Shown here piece by piece: positions 29,155 through 41,669 of a stretch of 64,000 nucleotides of DNA. Position numbers and translations under genes: made by a program. The notes beneath the pieces were generated by a model. That model was not told where the DNA came from. It saw nothing but the letters and a program-made list of their open reading frames with translations, and did not search any database. The stretch's first letter is position 1, and each line of letters begins with the position of its first letter. Source of the DNA: Eledone cirrhosa (lineage: Eukaryota); contig OZ024754.1 of assembly GCA_964016885.1 (NCBI GenBank), forward strand, positions 6,014,001 to 6,078,000, in the 5' to 3' direction.

Positions 29155-29484
29155 GCGTATATGTATGTGAGTATATATATAGTGTGCGTGGGTGTATGTG
29201 TGTTTGTGTGTGTATATATATATATAAATGTGTTTATGTGTAAACCTTACTAATCAAATCATTGTTAAGAATATAATACTTAAATGGATATATGCCAAAT
29301 ATAGCAATAAGTGAATATTCGTGCCTTGCGGATGAAACTACGCCGTATGACCATAATGCATGTATGTGTAATACTATGTATGTGTGTCTTACTTGTGTGT
29401 GTGATACACACATACGTATTGATGCATCAATATATACATGTATATACTCTGATGAATGCATATGTGTTGAAATTAGAGGGCAAG

Positions 29485-29520
<36 letters not shown>

Positions 29521-29524
29521 ATAT

Positions 29525-29610
<86 letters not shown>

Positions 29611-29631
29611 ATATATGTTTATATATATATA

Positions 29632-29682
<51 letters not shown>

Positions 29683-29871
29683 GTGTGTGTGTATATATAT
29701 GTTATTTATATATATATCTATATATATCTATATATATATTTTCAACTTATATATATATATATATCTATATATATATATATAAATGAGGCTGTATATATAT
29801 ACACACACATACACACAAATATGTATATATATTTGTATATATACATATATATATATATGTGTGTGTGTATG

Positions 29872-29906
<35 letters not shown>

Positions 29907-30125
29907 GTGGCTGAGTGGTTAGAGAATTGTATTCGTAATCGTGAGGCTGTGAGTTCGATTCCAGGACCGGGCGATGCGTTAGATCCTTGAGCAAGACACT
30001 TTATTTCACGTTGCCCCTTCTGCCTGGATTTGCGACCGGTAGAGAGTATTAGCAAATGGAAAGACCAATGGAAACAGTGTTTCCTCGGGCCAATTTGCCG
30101 TGGTGAGGATCTCTTGTCGATCGAC
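29907..30125 (+). mobile_element. SINE family 2
   Basis: Homologous to 35474-35688 along its full length. Confidence 0.78.
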
Positions 30126-30145
30126 TATATATATATATATATATA

Positions 30146-30337
30146 CGTAGGTCCCGGGTTGAGTCGGGGATAACCACAGTAAGTAAGGTACTCAATACAT
30201 GGCAGAGTAACATTTTTTTTATTTTATAGAAGGAGCTTCTACAGGACTAGTACTGTTTCATTCAGATGAAATCTTCCTGAAGATTTCATCTGAATGAAAC
30301 AGTACTAGTCCTGTAGAAGCTCCTTCTATAAAATAAA
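30146..30337 (-). mobile_element. Family B variant fold-back element
   Basis: Perfect ~55-bp inverted arms meeting at aaatcttc|ctgaagattt; TA flanks. Confidence 0.78.
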
Positions 30338-30505
30338 TATATATATATATATATATACATACACACACACACACAATCTGTATGTATGTATGTTATTTCT
30401 GTCCCCCGCGTAAAAAAAAAAAAAAAAAATGTGTGTGTATGTGTATGTATGTGTGTATGTATATATGTATGTATGTATATATATATATTTTTTTTATTTT
30501 ATTTA

Positions 30506-30551
<46 letters not shown>

Positions 30552-30899
30552 TTTTTTTTTTTTTTTTTTTTTTTTCTTCTCGTGCAATGGCCATACTCGA
30601 TAACGAGGGGCAGCCATCATCATGTATGTATGTATGTATGTATGTACTTCTATGTATAGTTATAGGAGTTTTTATCATTGGTGTTATACCGTACATTACG
30701 AAAGTAGGGCTAAATATTCCCTAAATAGACTATAAGTAATGTTCCTTTCTGGGATCTGCCCCCTAGACAGCTGTCTGGTTGGCCCTAATTGTAGCACTGG
30801 TCCTGCCCGTAGCCTGATAAGTTTATTCTGAACTTTCTCCGTCCCATATACTAGCAACTTGTTGGGAATAACTCCAGGATAACAGATTACAGGATAACC

Positions 30900-31380
30900 T
30901 TTCTCCTTCTTCTTTCTCCTTCTTCTTTCTCCTTCTTCTTTCTCCTTCTTTCTTCTTTCTCCTTCTTCTTTCTTCTTCTTCTTTCTTCTTCTTTCTTCTT
31001 CTTTCTTCTTCTTCTTTCTCCTTCTTCTTTCTTCTTCTTTCTTCTTCTTTCTGAGAGGGTCGTGGGGGCAGAGTCCCCAAACACTCCTTCCAACGGGTCC
31101 TGCCAGTAACAACCGTCTCCCACTTATCCGGCTGGGTCCCCCGAGTGACACCAGCCAAGCTCATGGATGTTATCCAATCATCTTGCTCGGGGTCTAGCCC
31201 CTGGGTCTCCTGCCGGCTGGTTTTGCCCGTAAAATCTGTCCAACGATTATTTCCTGACTCGAAAGAGTGCGTAGCTCTGAGAGAGAGAGAGAGAGTCACT
31301 CCAGGTAGAGGCGCTATTTCTCTGAATTGACAGACCACAGCTCCGATACTATTGGCTTGTGGTTAGAATATCCCAGAATG
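30900..31380 (-). mobile_element. RTE-clade LINE 3' end with (GAA)n tail and an inverted 5' piece
   Basis: Minus strand: ...catccatgagcttggct... (shared with the 48920 region), TGRTRWKECLGTLPPRP, then GAA repeats. 31305-31380 matches the same family on the plus strand. Confidence 0.72.
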
Positions 31381-31389
31381 AAATTTAGT

Positions 31390-32265
31390 AATAATTGTTT
31401 CTACTTTCGGCACAAGGCCAGTAATTAACCCAGTACATTACTGGTACTTTATTTTATCGACCCGGTAAGGATGAAAGGCAAAGTTAACCTCGGCGGGATT
31501 TGAACTCAGAACGTAAAAGGATATAACTATGCTGGAAAGCATGGTGTCCGACCCTCTACCGATACTGCCAATCCACCATTAGTAGAACCTTAGTAATAAT
31601 TGTTTCTACTTAAAAACTGAAAAGGTTTACCGGGAACTCAACTCCCGACCGGGACCGAACTTCAGACCCGTATCACCACCGTCTATGATACCTCCAGCTC
31701 GGCCACCGAGACTTAGTAATAATTGTTTCTACTTTAGGCACAAGGCCAGCAATTACCCAGTGCATTACTGGTACTTTTTATTTTATCGACCCCGTAAGGA
31801 TGAAAGGCAAAGTCAACCTCGGCGGGATTTGAACTCAGATCTTAAAGGGACGTAACTATGCTGGAAAGCATGGTGTTCGACCCTCTACCGATACTGCCAA
31901 TCCACCGACCGGGACCGAACTTCAGACCCGTATCACCACCGTCTATGATACCTCCAGCTCGGCCACCGAGACTTAGTAATAATAACTTCTAATTTAGGCC
32001 CAAGGCTAACAAATTGTGTGACCGAGAAAGTCGATTATATTGACACCAGTGCGTTACTGGTACTTAATTTTATCGATCTCGAAAGGATACAAGGCCTGTG
32101 ATTTAGGGTGGGGGTAGGGGACCCTGGTACTTGATTAGGAATTTATTTTATCGATCCCAGTACGAGGAAAGGCTAATTTTACATCGGTGGGATTTGAACT
32201 CACAACATAAGAAGTCGGATCGCATTTCATAAAACACCTTAACCGATGCTCTAACGATTTTGCTA
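31390..32265 (-). mobile_element. Cluster of SINE family 1 copies interleaved with a second tRNA-like unit
   Basis: Copies at about 31390-31578, 31716-31907 and a degenerate one at 31978-32265. Confidence 0.8.
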
Positions 32266-32406
32266 ATAAAGTGTGTGGAGGGGGCGTGACAGATAGACAG
32301 AAAAGGGAGTGAATTGAGAAAGAGAAAGTGTCATAGTGTTGGTGTGAGGATATGACGCAAAGACGGGGAAAGATAGGTAGGTAGATAGGTAGAGAGAGAG
32401 AGAGAG

Positions 32407-32470
<64 letters not shown>

Positions 32471-32539
32471 TTCTTTATTAGCCACAAGGGCGCAACAAGA
32501 AAGGGGACAATACAAAGACATGCCGGGGATTTTACATAC

Positions 32540-32579
<40 letters not shown>

Positions 32580-32910
32580 GTAGACAGACAAACAGACAGA
32601 GAGCCAGATACATACAGAGAGAGAGAGGGGGTGGCTAATAGGTGGTTGAGGGAAGGAACGAGAAGAAAAAAAAGAGAATAGACTGATGTGAGAGATAGGA
32701 AGAGAGAGGGACAATAAGAGAGACAGAGAGGGGCTAAGAGAGAATGTGAGAATTAGAGAGAGAGGGGGGGGGAGTATAAGAGGTGGGGTGTGTCAGAAAT
32801 AAAGGGGAAGTGAAACTGGAGGGGAAAGGTGAGCGAATTAGAATAGTGAAAACGTGTCAATGTAACAATAAACAAGGCCCTAAGCCTTAAATCAACTATA
32901 TATATATACA

Positions 32911-32962
<52 letters not shown>

Positions 32963-33050
32963 TGTATATATATATATATATATGTGTAAGAGGTGAGTTT
33001 TATTGTAGTACAATAAAGCAATGCAGATATCGGATAAGTAGCACTCTACA

Positions 33051-33113
<63 letters not shown>

Positions 33114-33345
33114 CATATATATATACATATATGTATATATATATATATATATACAGTATATATACAGCCCCTCTTTCTCGTTCTCATATATATATGTATA
33201 TATACACCATGTTTCTCTCTCTCTGTATATATATATATGTATGTATGTATATATATATATGTGTATGTATATATATATATATATATATATATGCATATAT
33301 ATACACACACACACTCACTCACATCTCTTTCTGGCTGCATATATA

Positions 33346-33421
33346 CAGTGTGTCCCCAAAAATGTATACATACATTAATTAGAACGATGTTGAAGTGTGT
33401 ATTCACGTTTGGGGGACCCTC

Positions 33422-33423
<2 letters not shown>
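33346..33423. mobile_element. Tiny Tc1-type MITE
   Basis: ta|cagtgtgtccccaaaaatg...cgtttgggggaccctctg. Confidence 0.55.
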
Positions 33424-33488
<65 letters not shown>

Positions 33489-33741
33489 TTAAAACTTTTT
33501 CTTATTTGCAAAACTTTGATTATATATACATATATAGGTGTGTATGTATGTGTATATATATATATATATATATAGGTGTGTGTATGTATGTGTATATATA
33601 TATATAGGTGTGTGTATATATATGTGTATATATATATATATATAGGGGTGTGTGTGTGTATATATATATATGTGTATATATATATATATATAGGGGTGTG
33701 TGTGTGTATATATATATATGTGTATATATATATATGTGTAT

Positions 33742-33790
<49 letters not shown>

Positions 33791-34086
33791 TATATACATA
33801 TATGTATACATAGATATCTTATACATAGATAGATACATACACACATATATATATATATAGAGAGAGAGAGAGAGGAGGGAGAGATTTGTATGTATATATA
33901 AAGTAAATATATAGGAAAAAATTGTTGTCAATCGTTTTTTGCTTTTGTTTTCACTCCTTTATTTCCGATTTGTATCGAAGTGGATATATCTAATCATTAT
34001 ATATACACCTATATACACACATATATATATACACACATACATATATATATATATATAAATATATATATATATACATATATATATAC

Positions 34087-34207
<121 letters not shown>

Positions 34208-34214
34208 TATATAC

Positions 34215-34273
<59 letters not shown>

Positions 34274-34276
34274 TAT

Positions 34277-34718
34277 GTAGATAAATCTACCAAGAGTTTA
34301 CGGTAGTGTCCAATCCGTATGAAGAACTCAATGTAATCTGGATATCATGGAAAGAAGAGATGCATTCAAAAATCACTTTCGGTGAAAGATAAACGGAATA
34401 CAGAGTCAAGATAAAATATTAAAAAAATAATGAATAAAACAATGAAACAGTTCCTTATATTAAACAAAAAAAGTTCATTATTTAACGATCGTTTCTAGGA
34501 CATATATGTGTTAGAATTGACATGCATATTCAACAGATCTATGTACAAAATTATACAAACTATCAAATTTAATATACATACCATCACATACATATGCCGT
34601 CTTCAGAAATAATTCTAACACATATATGTCCTAGAAACGATCGTTAAATAATGAACTTTTTTTGTTTAATATAAGGAACTGTTTCATTGTTTTATTCATT
34701 ATTTTTTTAATATTTTAT
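34277..34718 (-). mobile_element. Family C TA-inserted fold-back element
   Basis: Terminus gtagataaatctacc...gaagaactcaa is shared with 12703-12830. Arms of about 108 bp (34411-34518 and 34611-34718) are inverted; a hammerhead lies inside. Confidence 0.78.
34477..34613 (-). ncRNA. Type I hammerhead ribozyme with a greatly extended stem II (family C element)
   Basis: Minus strand: attattt-CTGAAGA-[about 100 nt, closed by ggcatatgtatgtg/cacatatatgtcc]-GAAA-cgatcg-TT-aaataat. 7-bp stem I and palindromic aacgatcgtt. Confidence 0.72.
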
Positions 34719-34872
34719 ACCTATATATATATATAGGGATATATATATATATATAGGGATATATATATATGTATAGGGATATATATATATGTATAGGGAT
34801 ATATATATATATATATGTATAGGGATATATATATATGTATAGGGATATATATATATATATATATATATAGGG

Positions 34873-34914
<42 letters not shown>

Positions 34915-34918
34915 GTAT

Positions 34919-34997
<79 letters not shown>

Positions 34998-35026
34998 TAT
35001 AGGGATATATATATATATATATATAT

Positions 35027-35057
<31 letters not shown>

Positions 35058-35084
35058 GGGATATATATATATATATATATATAT

Positions 35085-35152
<68 letters not shown>

Positions 35153-35175
35153 ATATATATATTTATATATATATA

Positions 35176-35369
35176 TTGTTATACTTTGGGAGGGTCATGT
35201 TGCCAATAAGAAACACACGCACCAGTTGCTTTCACTTCAATTTATTATAATAAATTTATAAATTTAGGAATTCATAAATTTCCGGTTGGTTGGTTGGTTC
35301 CACAACCAGATGGTTGTTTATATATTGTCAAAGTTCTTTCGTCACACATTCTGTGACCTCTTCAGCGAC
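35176..35369 (-). mobile_element. Family E hammerhead-bearing element
   Basis: Begins exactly at hammerhead stem I and ends at ccctcccaaagtataacaa; TA-rich on both sides. Confidence 0.78.
35327..35369 (-). ncRNA. Minimal type I hammerhead ribozyme (family E element)
   Basis: Minus strand: gtcg-CTGAAGA-g gtcaca gaatg tgtgac-GAAA-gaac-TT-tgac. Confidence 0.82.
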
Positions 35370-35427
35370 TATATATATATATATATCCCTATATATATTT
35401 ATATATATATATATCCCTATTTATATA

Positions 35428-35473
<46 letters not shown>

Positions 35474-35475
<2 letters not shown>

Positions 35476-35688
35476 CGTGTGGCTGAGTGGTTAGAGAATC
35501 GGATTCGCAATCGTAAGGTTGTGAGTTCGATTCCTGGACCAGGCGGTGCGTTATGTTCTTGAGCAAGACACTTTATTTCACGTTGCTCCTTCTACCTGGA
35601 GTTGCGACCGATAGATAGTATTAGCAATTGGAAAGACCAACGGAAACATTGTTCCCTCGGTCCGATTTGACGAAAGTCGATCGTTCCT
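35474..35688 (+). mobile_element. tRNA-derived SINE (family 2)
   Basis: A-box tggctgagtggtt, B-box gagttcgattcc, then a cttgagcaagacact CORE/V-like block. Confidence 0.78.
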
Positions 35689-35699
35689 TTATATATATA

Positions 35700-35751
<52 letters not shown>

Positions 35752-35753
<2 letters not shown>

Positions 35754-35952
35754 CGTTATTCCGGGTTGAATCGGAGGTAACCACAGTAAGTAAGGTACTC
35801 AATACATAGCAGAGTATAAAAGTTTTAATATAGATGAGATTCTACAGGACTAGAACTGTTTCATTCATTAGAAATCATCAGGAATTAGAAATCATCAGGA
35901 TTCCTGATGATTTCTAATGAATGAAACAGTTCTAGTCCTGTAGAATCTCATC

Positions 35953-35953
<1 letters not shown>
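35752..35953 (-). mobile_element. Family B fold-back element
   Basis: Near-identical to 53032-53251. The junction contains a short duplication, tagaaatcatcagga. Confidence 0.8.
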
Positions 35954-36009
<56 letters not shown>

Positions 36010-36681
36010 ATTTATATATTTATATATATATAGATATAGATATATATATATATATCTATATATATATAAATCTCTCTGATTCAGTCAAGCTTTAAGCTCC
36101 CAGACTCCTTTAAATACTCCTCCCACCTCCACACCCCCTATCATAGTGCCCCTCCCTCCATCACAATGCTCTCATCCCCATCAACGCCACCACAACCATT
36201 ACAACAAACACCCTCATTCAATGAATCCTGTGTCAACTAAATAGATAGCGATCTATTTGGCGACAGCTTGGCTGTCAACGTCACCTTTGTGTGTGTGTGT
36301 ATGTATATATGTATATATATATATATATATAGTATATATATATAAAGAGAGAGATATGTATGTGTGTCTGTGGGTGTATATATATATATATATTATATAT
36401 ATAACCACTCCCCGCTCTCAAGAGCGTGAAACTAATAAACCTTTGTTCGTACTGCCTCTCTGTTTTGTTCCTGTTCAGTTTTTCACTATATATATATATA
36501 TATATGTATATATGTGTGTGTGTGTATATGTGTGTATATATCCCTATGTATATATAACTGTTTGTGTGTGTGTATATATGTATATATTTATATATACCTG
36601 TATATATATAAATCCCTATCAATATATGTAAGCGTATATGTTTGTGTGTGTGTATATATATATATGTGAGTATTAAAATGA

Positions 36682-36739
<58 letters not shown>

Positions 36740-36785
36740 TTACATATGTTGATAGGGATATATATACATACGGATATATACACAA

Positions 36786-36835
<50 letters not shown>

Positions 36836-36838
36836 GTG

Positions 36839-36871
<33 letters not shown>

Positions 36872-36872
36872 C

Positions 36873-36926
<54 letters not shown>

Positions 36927-36968
36927 GTGTATATATCCTTATGTATATATCTGTATGTATATGTTGTC

Positions 36969-37004
<36 letters not shown>

Positions 37005-37051
37005 GCTGTGTATATATCCCTATGTATATATCTGTATCTATATGTTTGTCT

Positions 37052-37179
<128 letters not shown>

Positions 37180-37224
37180 CTGTGTATATATGCCTATGTC
37201 TATATCTGTATGTATATGTTTGTC

Positions 37225-37261
<37 letters not shown>

Positions 37262-37304
37262 CTGTGTATATATCCCTATATATATATATATGTATGTATA
37301 TGTC

Positions 37305-37354
<50 letters not shown>

Positions 37355-37369
37355 GGGATATATACACAG

Positions 37370-37409
<40 letters not shown>

Positions 37410-37485
37410 CTGTGTATATATCCCTCTATATATATATATAGCTGTGTATATATCCCTCTATATATATATAGCTGTGTATATATCC

Positions 37486-37541
<56 letters not shown>

Positions 37542-37553
37542 ATATATACACAG

Positions 37554-37637
<84 letters not shown>

Positions 37638-37744
37638 CTGTGTATATATCCCTCTATATATAAATATAGCTGTGTATATATCCCTCTGTATATATATATA
37701 TATATCTGTGTAAATGTTTGCCTCTCCATTACGTGTTCTATCAG

Positions 37745-37792
37745 CAGGCGGTAACAACAGAAATCACAACCGTACCAGCAGCACAACTAGTG
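37745..37792 (+). CDS. Speculative 48-nt (or 45-nt) frame-preserving micro-exon
   Basis: ttctatcag|cag...actagtg|gtatgt. A unique, stop-free sequence between repeats. Confidence 0.22.
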
Positions 37793-38066
37793 GTATGTAT
37801 AATTATAATGGCTTCTTTAGATGGCGGGGTGGGTGGGGGCTACGGTGTGGGGTCGGGGCTACGGTGTCGGGGTGGGGGTGTCGGTGTGGCGGGGTGGGGG
37901 TGTCGGTGTGGTGGTACGGTGCAGGGTGGTGGCGAGGTGGTGGGGTCTACACAGATATCCATCTCATTCGACCCGTCCTACTCACTAAACCGACACACAC
38001 CACACTTCGATTACAGTTAGGAGTGTTAACACCTTCCATACCATATTTAATAATAATAATAATAAT

Positions 38067-38665
38067 GATTTCTTTATTAACCACAAGGGTTTACACAAAA
38101 TAAAACATTAAGGACAATACAGGACAATACAGGACAATACGGTACGGTACAGGCCGGTACAGGACAATACAGTACGGTACAGGCCGGTACAGGACAATAC
38201 AGTACGGTACAGGCCGGTACAGGACAATACAGTACGGTACAGGCCGGTACAGGACAATACAGTACGGTACAGGCCGGTACAGGACAATACAGGACGGTAC
38301 AGGCCGGTACAGGACAATACAGTACGGTACAGGCCGGTACAGGACAATACAGTACGGTACAGGCCGGTACAGGACAATACAGGACGGTACAGGCCGGTAC
38401 AAATGGGCATTTCTGCCTGTAAAAAAAAAAAAAAACAGAGGATGTAACAAAAAAGAAACAATGAAAAGTTCCCCAATAGTGGGGAGACTTCCGAGGGACA
38501 TTCGTGGAGAAAGCCCATTAAAAAAGCCACGGTGACGCTGACCACCAGAGCGAGTGCCCTCTCCCAGTTTTCCACCTTCAATTTATAGGCGCATACTCAG
38601 AGTAGGCCCATTCTCTCGGGCCATGTTTGCCTTTCTCACCCATCTTTCAACATAGGACGCGCAGG
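38067..38665 (-). mobile_element. Probable LINE (Tx1/L1-like) 3' end with an internal 30-bp minisatellite (38117-38401)
   Basis: Minus frame ends SYVERWVRKANMARENGPTLSMRL*, then a UTR ending ttgtggttaataaagaaat plus (ATT)n. The same end motif occurs at about 32470-32515 and 51737-51785. Confidence 0.5.
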
Positions 38666-38680
38666 CAATAATAATAATAA

Positions 38681-38868
38681 TAATTGTTTCTACTTTTGGC
38701 ACAAGGCCAGCAATTACCCAATGCATTACTGGTACTTTATTCTATCGACCCCGTAAGGATGAAAGGCAAAGTTAACCTCGGCGGGATTTAAATTCATTCA
38801 GACCATAAAGGGCAGTAACTCTTTGCTGCAAAGCATGGCGTCCGACCCTCTACCGATACTGCCAATCC
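38681..38868 (-). mobile_element. SINE family 1
   Basis: Full-length reverse complement of the consensus. Confidence 0.82.
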
Positions 38869-39622
38869 ATACAAATGTCAGGAAAGTGAACAGTGTATGA
38901 GTCATGATATACATGTGAGGGGGGATATTAGGTGTAGTGTTGGCGAATTTCGGGAAGCATGGAGGTTTTAAAGGATGCAGTGTCTCGGCAGCTAACAACT
39001 GATGCAGGTAGTTTGTTCCATGGAGGTTTTAAAGGATGCAGTGTCTCGGCAGCTAACAACTGATGTAAGTAGTTTGTTCCATGGAGGTTTTAAAGGATGC
39101 AGTGTCTCCAAGATAACAACTGATGCAGGTAGTTTGTTCCATGGAGGTTTTAAAGGATGCAGTGTCTCGGCAGCTAACAACTGATGCAGGTAGTTTGTTA
39201 CATGGAGGTTTTAAAGGATGCAGTGTCTCGACAGATAACAACTGATGCAGGTAGTTTGTTCCATGGAGGTTTTAAAGGATGCAGTGTCTCGACAGATAAC
39301 AACTGATGCAGGTAGTTTGTTCCATGGAGGTTTTAAAGGATGCAGTGTCTCGGCAGCTAACAACTGATGCAGGTAGTTTGTTACATGGAGGTTTTAAAGG
39401 ATGCAGTGTCTCGGCAGCTAACAACTGATGCAGGTAGTTTGTTCCATGGAGGTTTTAAAGGATGCAGTGTCTCGGCAGCTAACAACTGATGCAGGTAGTT
39501 TGTTACATGGAGGTTTTAAAGGATGCAGTGTCTCGGCAGCTAACAACTGATGCAGATAGTTTGTTACATGCTTCAGCAAGAAGTTGCTGAAAAGGGTCAT
39601 GAGCGCTGCTTTTTCTCCCAAG

Positions 39623-39625
<3 letters not shown>
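38869..39625 (-). mobile_element. CR1/L2-group LINE 3' end whose last codons are amplified into a 61-bp minisatellite (about 10 copies, 38959-39570)
   Basis: The unit translates as WNKLPASVVSCRDTASFKTSM, the WN.LP..VV......FK..L C-terminal motif of CR1-type RTs. Confidence 0.75.
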
Positions 39626-39660
<35 letters not shown>

Positions 39661-39851
39661 ATACATTTATATGTATGAGTATATAAATATAAACGCACAA
39701 ACAGAGACACACTTACAGACACACGTTTACACAAACACACACATACAAATACACTCACAACGTGGCAAATGGAACGCCAACCACTGTTTTGCTATAGTTT
39801 TTTTCACCATCCCCTTCCTTCCTTCCTTCGACACACACACATACATTCACA

Positions 39852-39900
<49 letters not shown>

Positions 39901-40214
39901 TGGGACGAACGGACGGAAATGGCTCAAATTTATATATATATAGGTAAAACGAGATTAGAGAAAGTCGCAGATGTTAACCGGAAGAGAAAGCAGGGGATCC
40001 ATACATTGGATAGAATGTCCGGAAGCGTTTGTTACAGTTGCCTGTGTTCTGAGTTCGAATCCTAGCGATGTCAATTAGTGATATAGAGTGGATTAGAGTG
40101 TTTATGTATGTATATATGTTTGTGTATATTTATATATATATATATATATGTATATGTGTGTTTATATTTATGTATGTGTGTTTATATATATATATATATA
40201 TGTCTGTGTGTGTG

Positions 40215-40285
<71 letters not shown>

Positions 40286-40784
40286 ATGTATATACATATA
40301 TGTATGTGTATGTGTGTGTATGTATATACATATATGTATGTGTATGTATATATATATGCATTTATATATATATGTATATATATATGTATATATATATGTG
40401 TATATGTATACATGTGTATGTATATATGTATATGTATATATATATATATGTATGTATATGTATATATATATATGTATGTATATGTATATATGTATATGTA
40501 TATATGTATATATATATATGTATGTATATGTATATATGTATATGTATATATATATATATACATATATATGTATATATGTATATATATATATGTATATATG
40601 TATATATATATGTATATATATATATATGTATATGTATATATGTATATATATATGTATATGTATATATGTATATATATATATGTGTATATGTATATGTGTA
40701 TATGTATATATATATGTGTATATGTATATATGTATATATATATGTGTATATGTATATATGTATATATATATGTGTATATATATA

Positions 40785-40815
<31 letters not shown>

Positions 40816-41669
40816 GTATATGTAAATGTGTATATATATATATTGTGTGTATGTATGTGTATATGTATTTATAAAGTCCATCTGTGTGTGTCTAAAAGAA
40901 AAAAAATGGAGTGAGATTGAGAAGACAATTAATAAACGAAGAAAAGACAATCACCACCACCATCAACATCATCATCACCATCAACATCATCATCAACATC
41001 ATCATCACCATCATCATCACCATCAACATCATCACCATCATCATCATCACCATCAACATCATCACCACCATCAACATCACCACCACCATCAACATCATCA
41101 CCACCATCAACAACACCACCACCATCAACAACACCACCACCATCAACATCGTCACCACCATCACCACCACCATCAACATCGTCACCACCATCACCACCAT
41201 CACCACCAACAACAACAACCACCACCACCACCACCATCAACAACAACCACCACCACCACCACCACCACCATGAAATTGTAGTGTTTCTGCTGGAAGCTAA
41301 GGAAATATAATGGGTGACAGTGGTACACTATATAGTAAAGAGAATAGAGACAAGGATATTGATGATGATGATGTTGATGGTGTGTGTGTGTGTGTGTGAC
41401 GGTAAGTTCTGGAACAATGGAGCAGGGAGGGTTTCGCGCATGGCCAGGCGCTTTAAGCTTAGGGGCGTGTACAGGCTAGAAGTTAAACAGAGTCAAGCTC
41501 CAGCCATCTGCAGCCTTAATTTGATGCCATGATTTTTGTGTGAGGAATTGATGTAACATGTAAGGTTTTGTTGTTCCATTTGATAGTCATATCACACCAC
41601 AGACTGAACACTCCTTTGGAGTAGGAGAGCTCCTTTTGGTGGCAGGAGCCCTCGTTGAATGGTTCTTGT

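Noticed and set aside
35474-35545. Bona fide tRNA genes at SINE heads
   Set aside because: Cloverleaves are imperfect and continue into SINE body sequence in multiple diverged copies.
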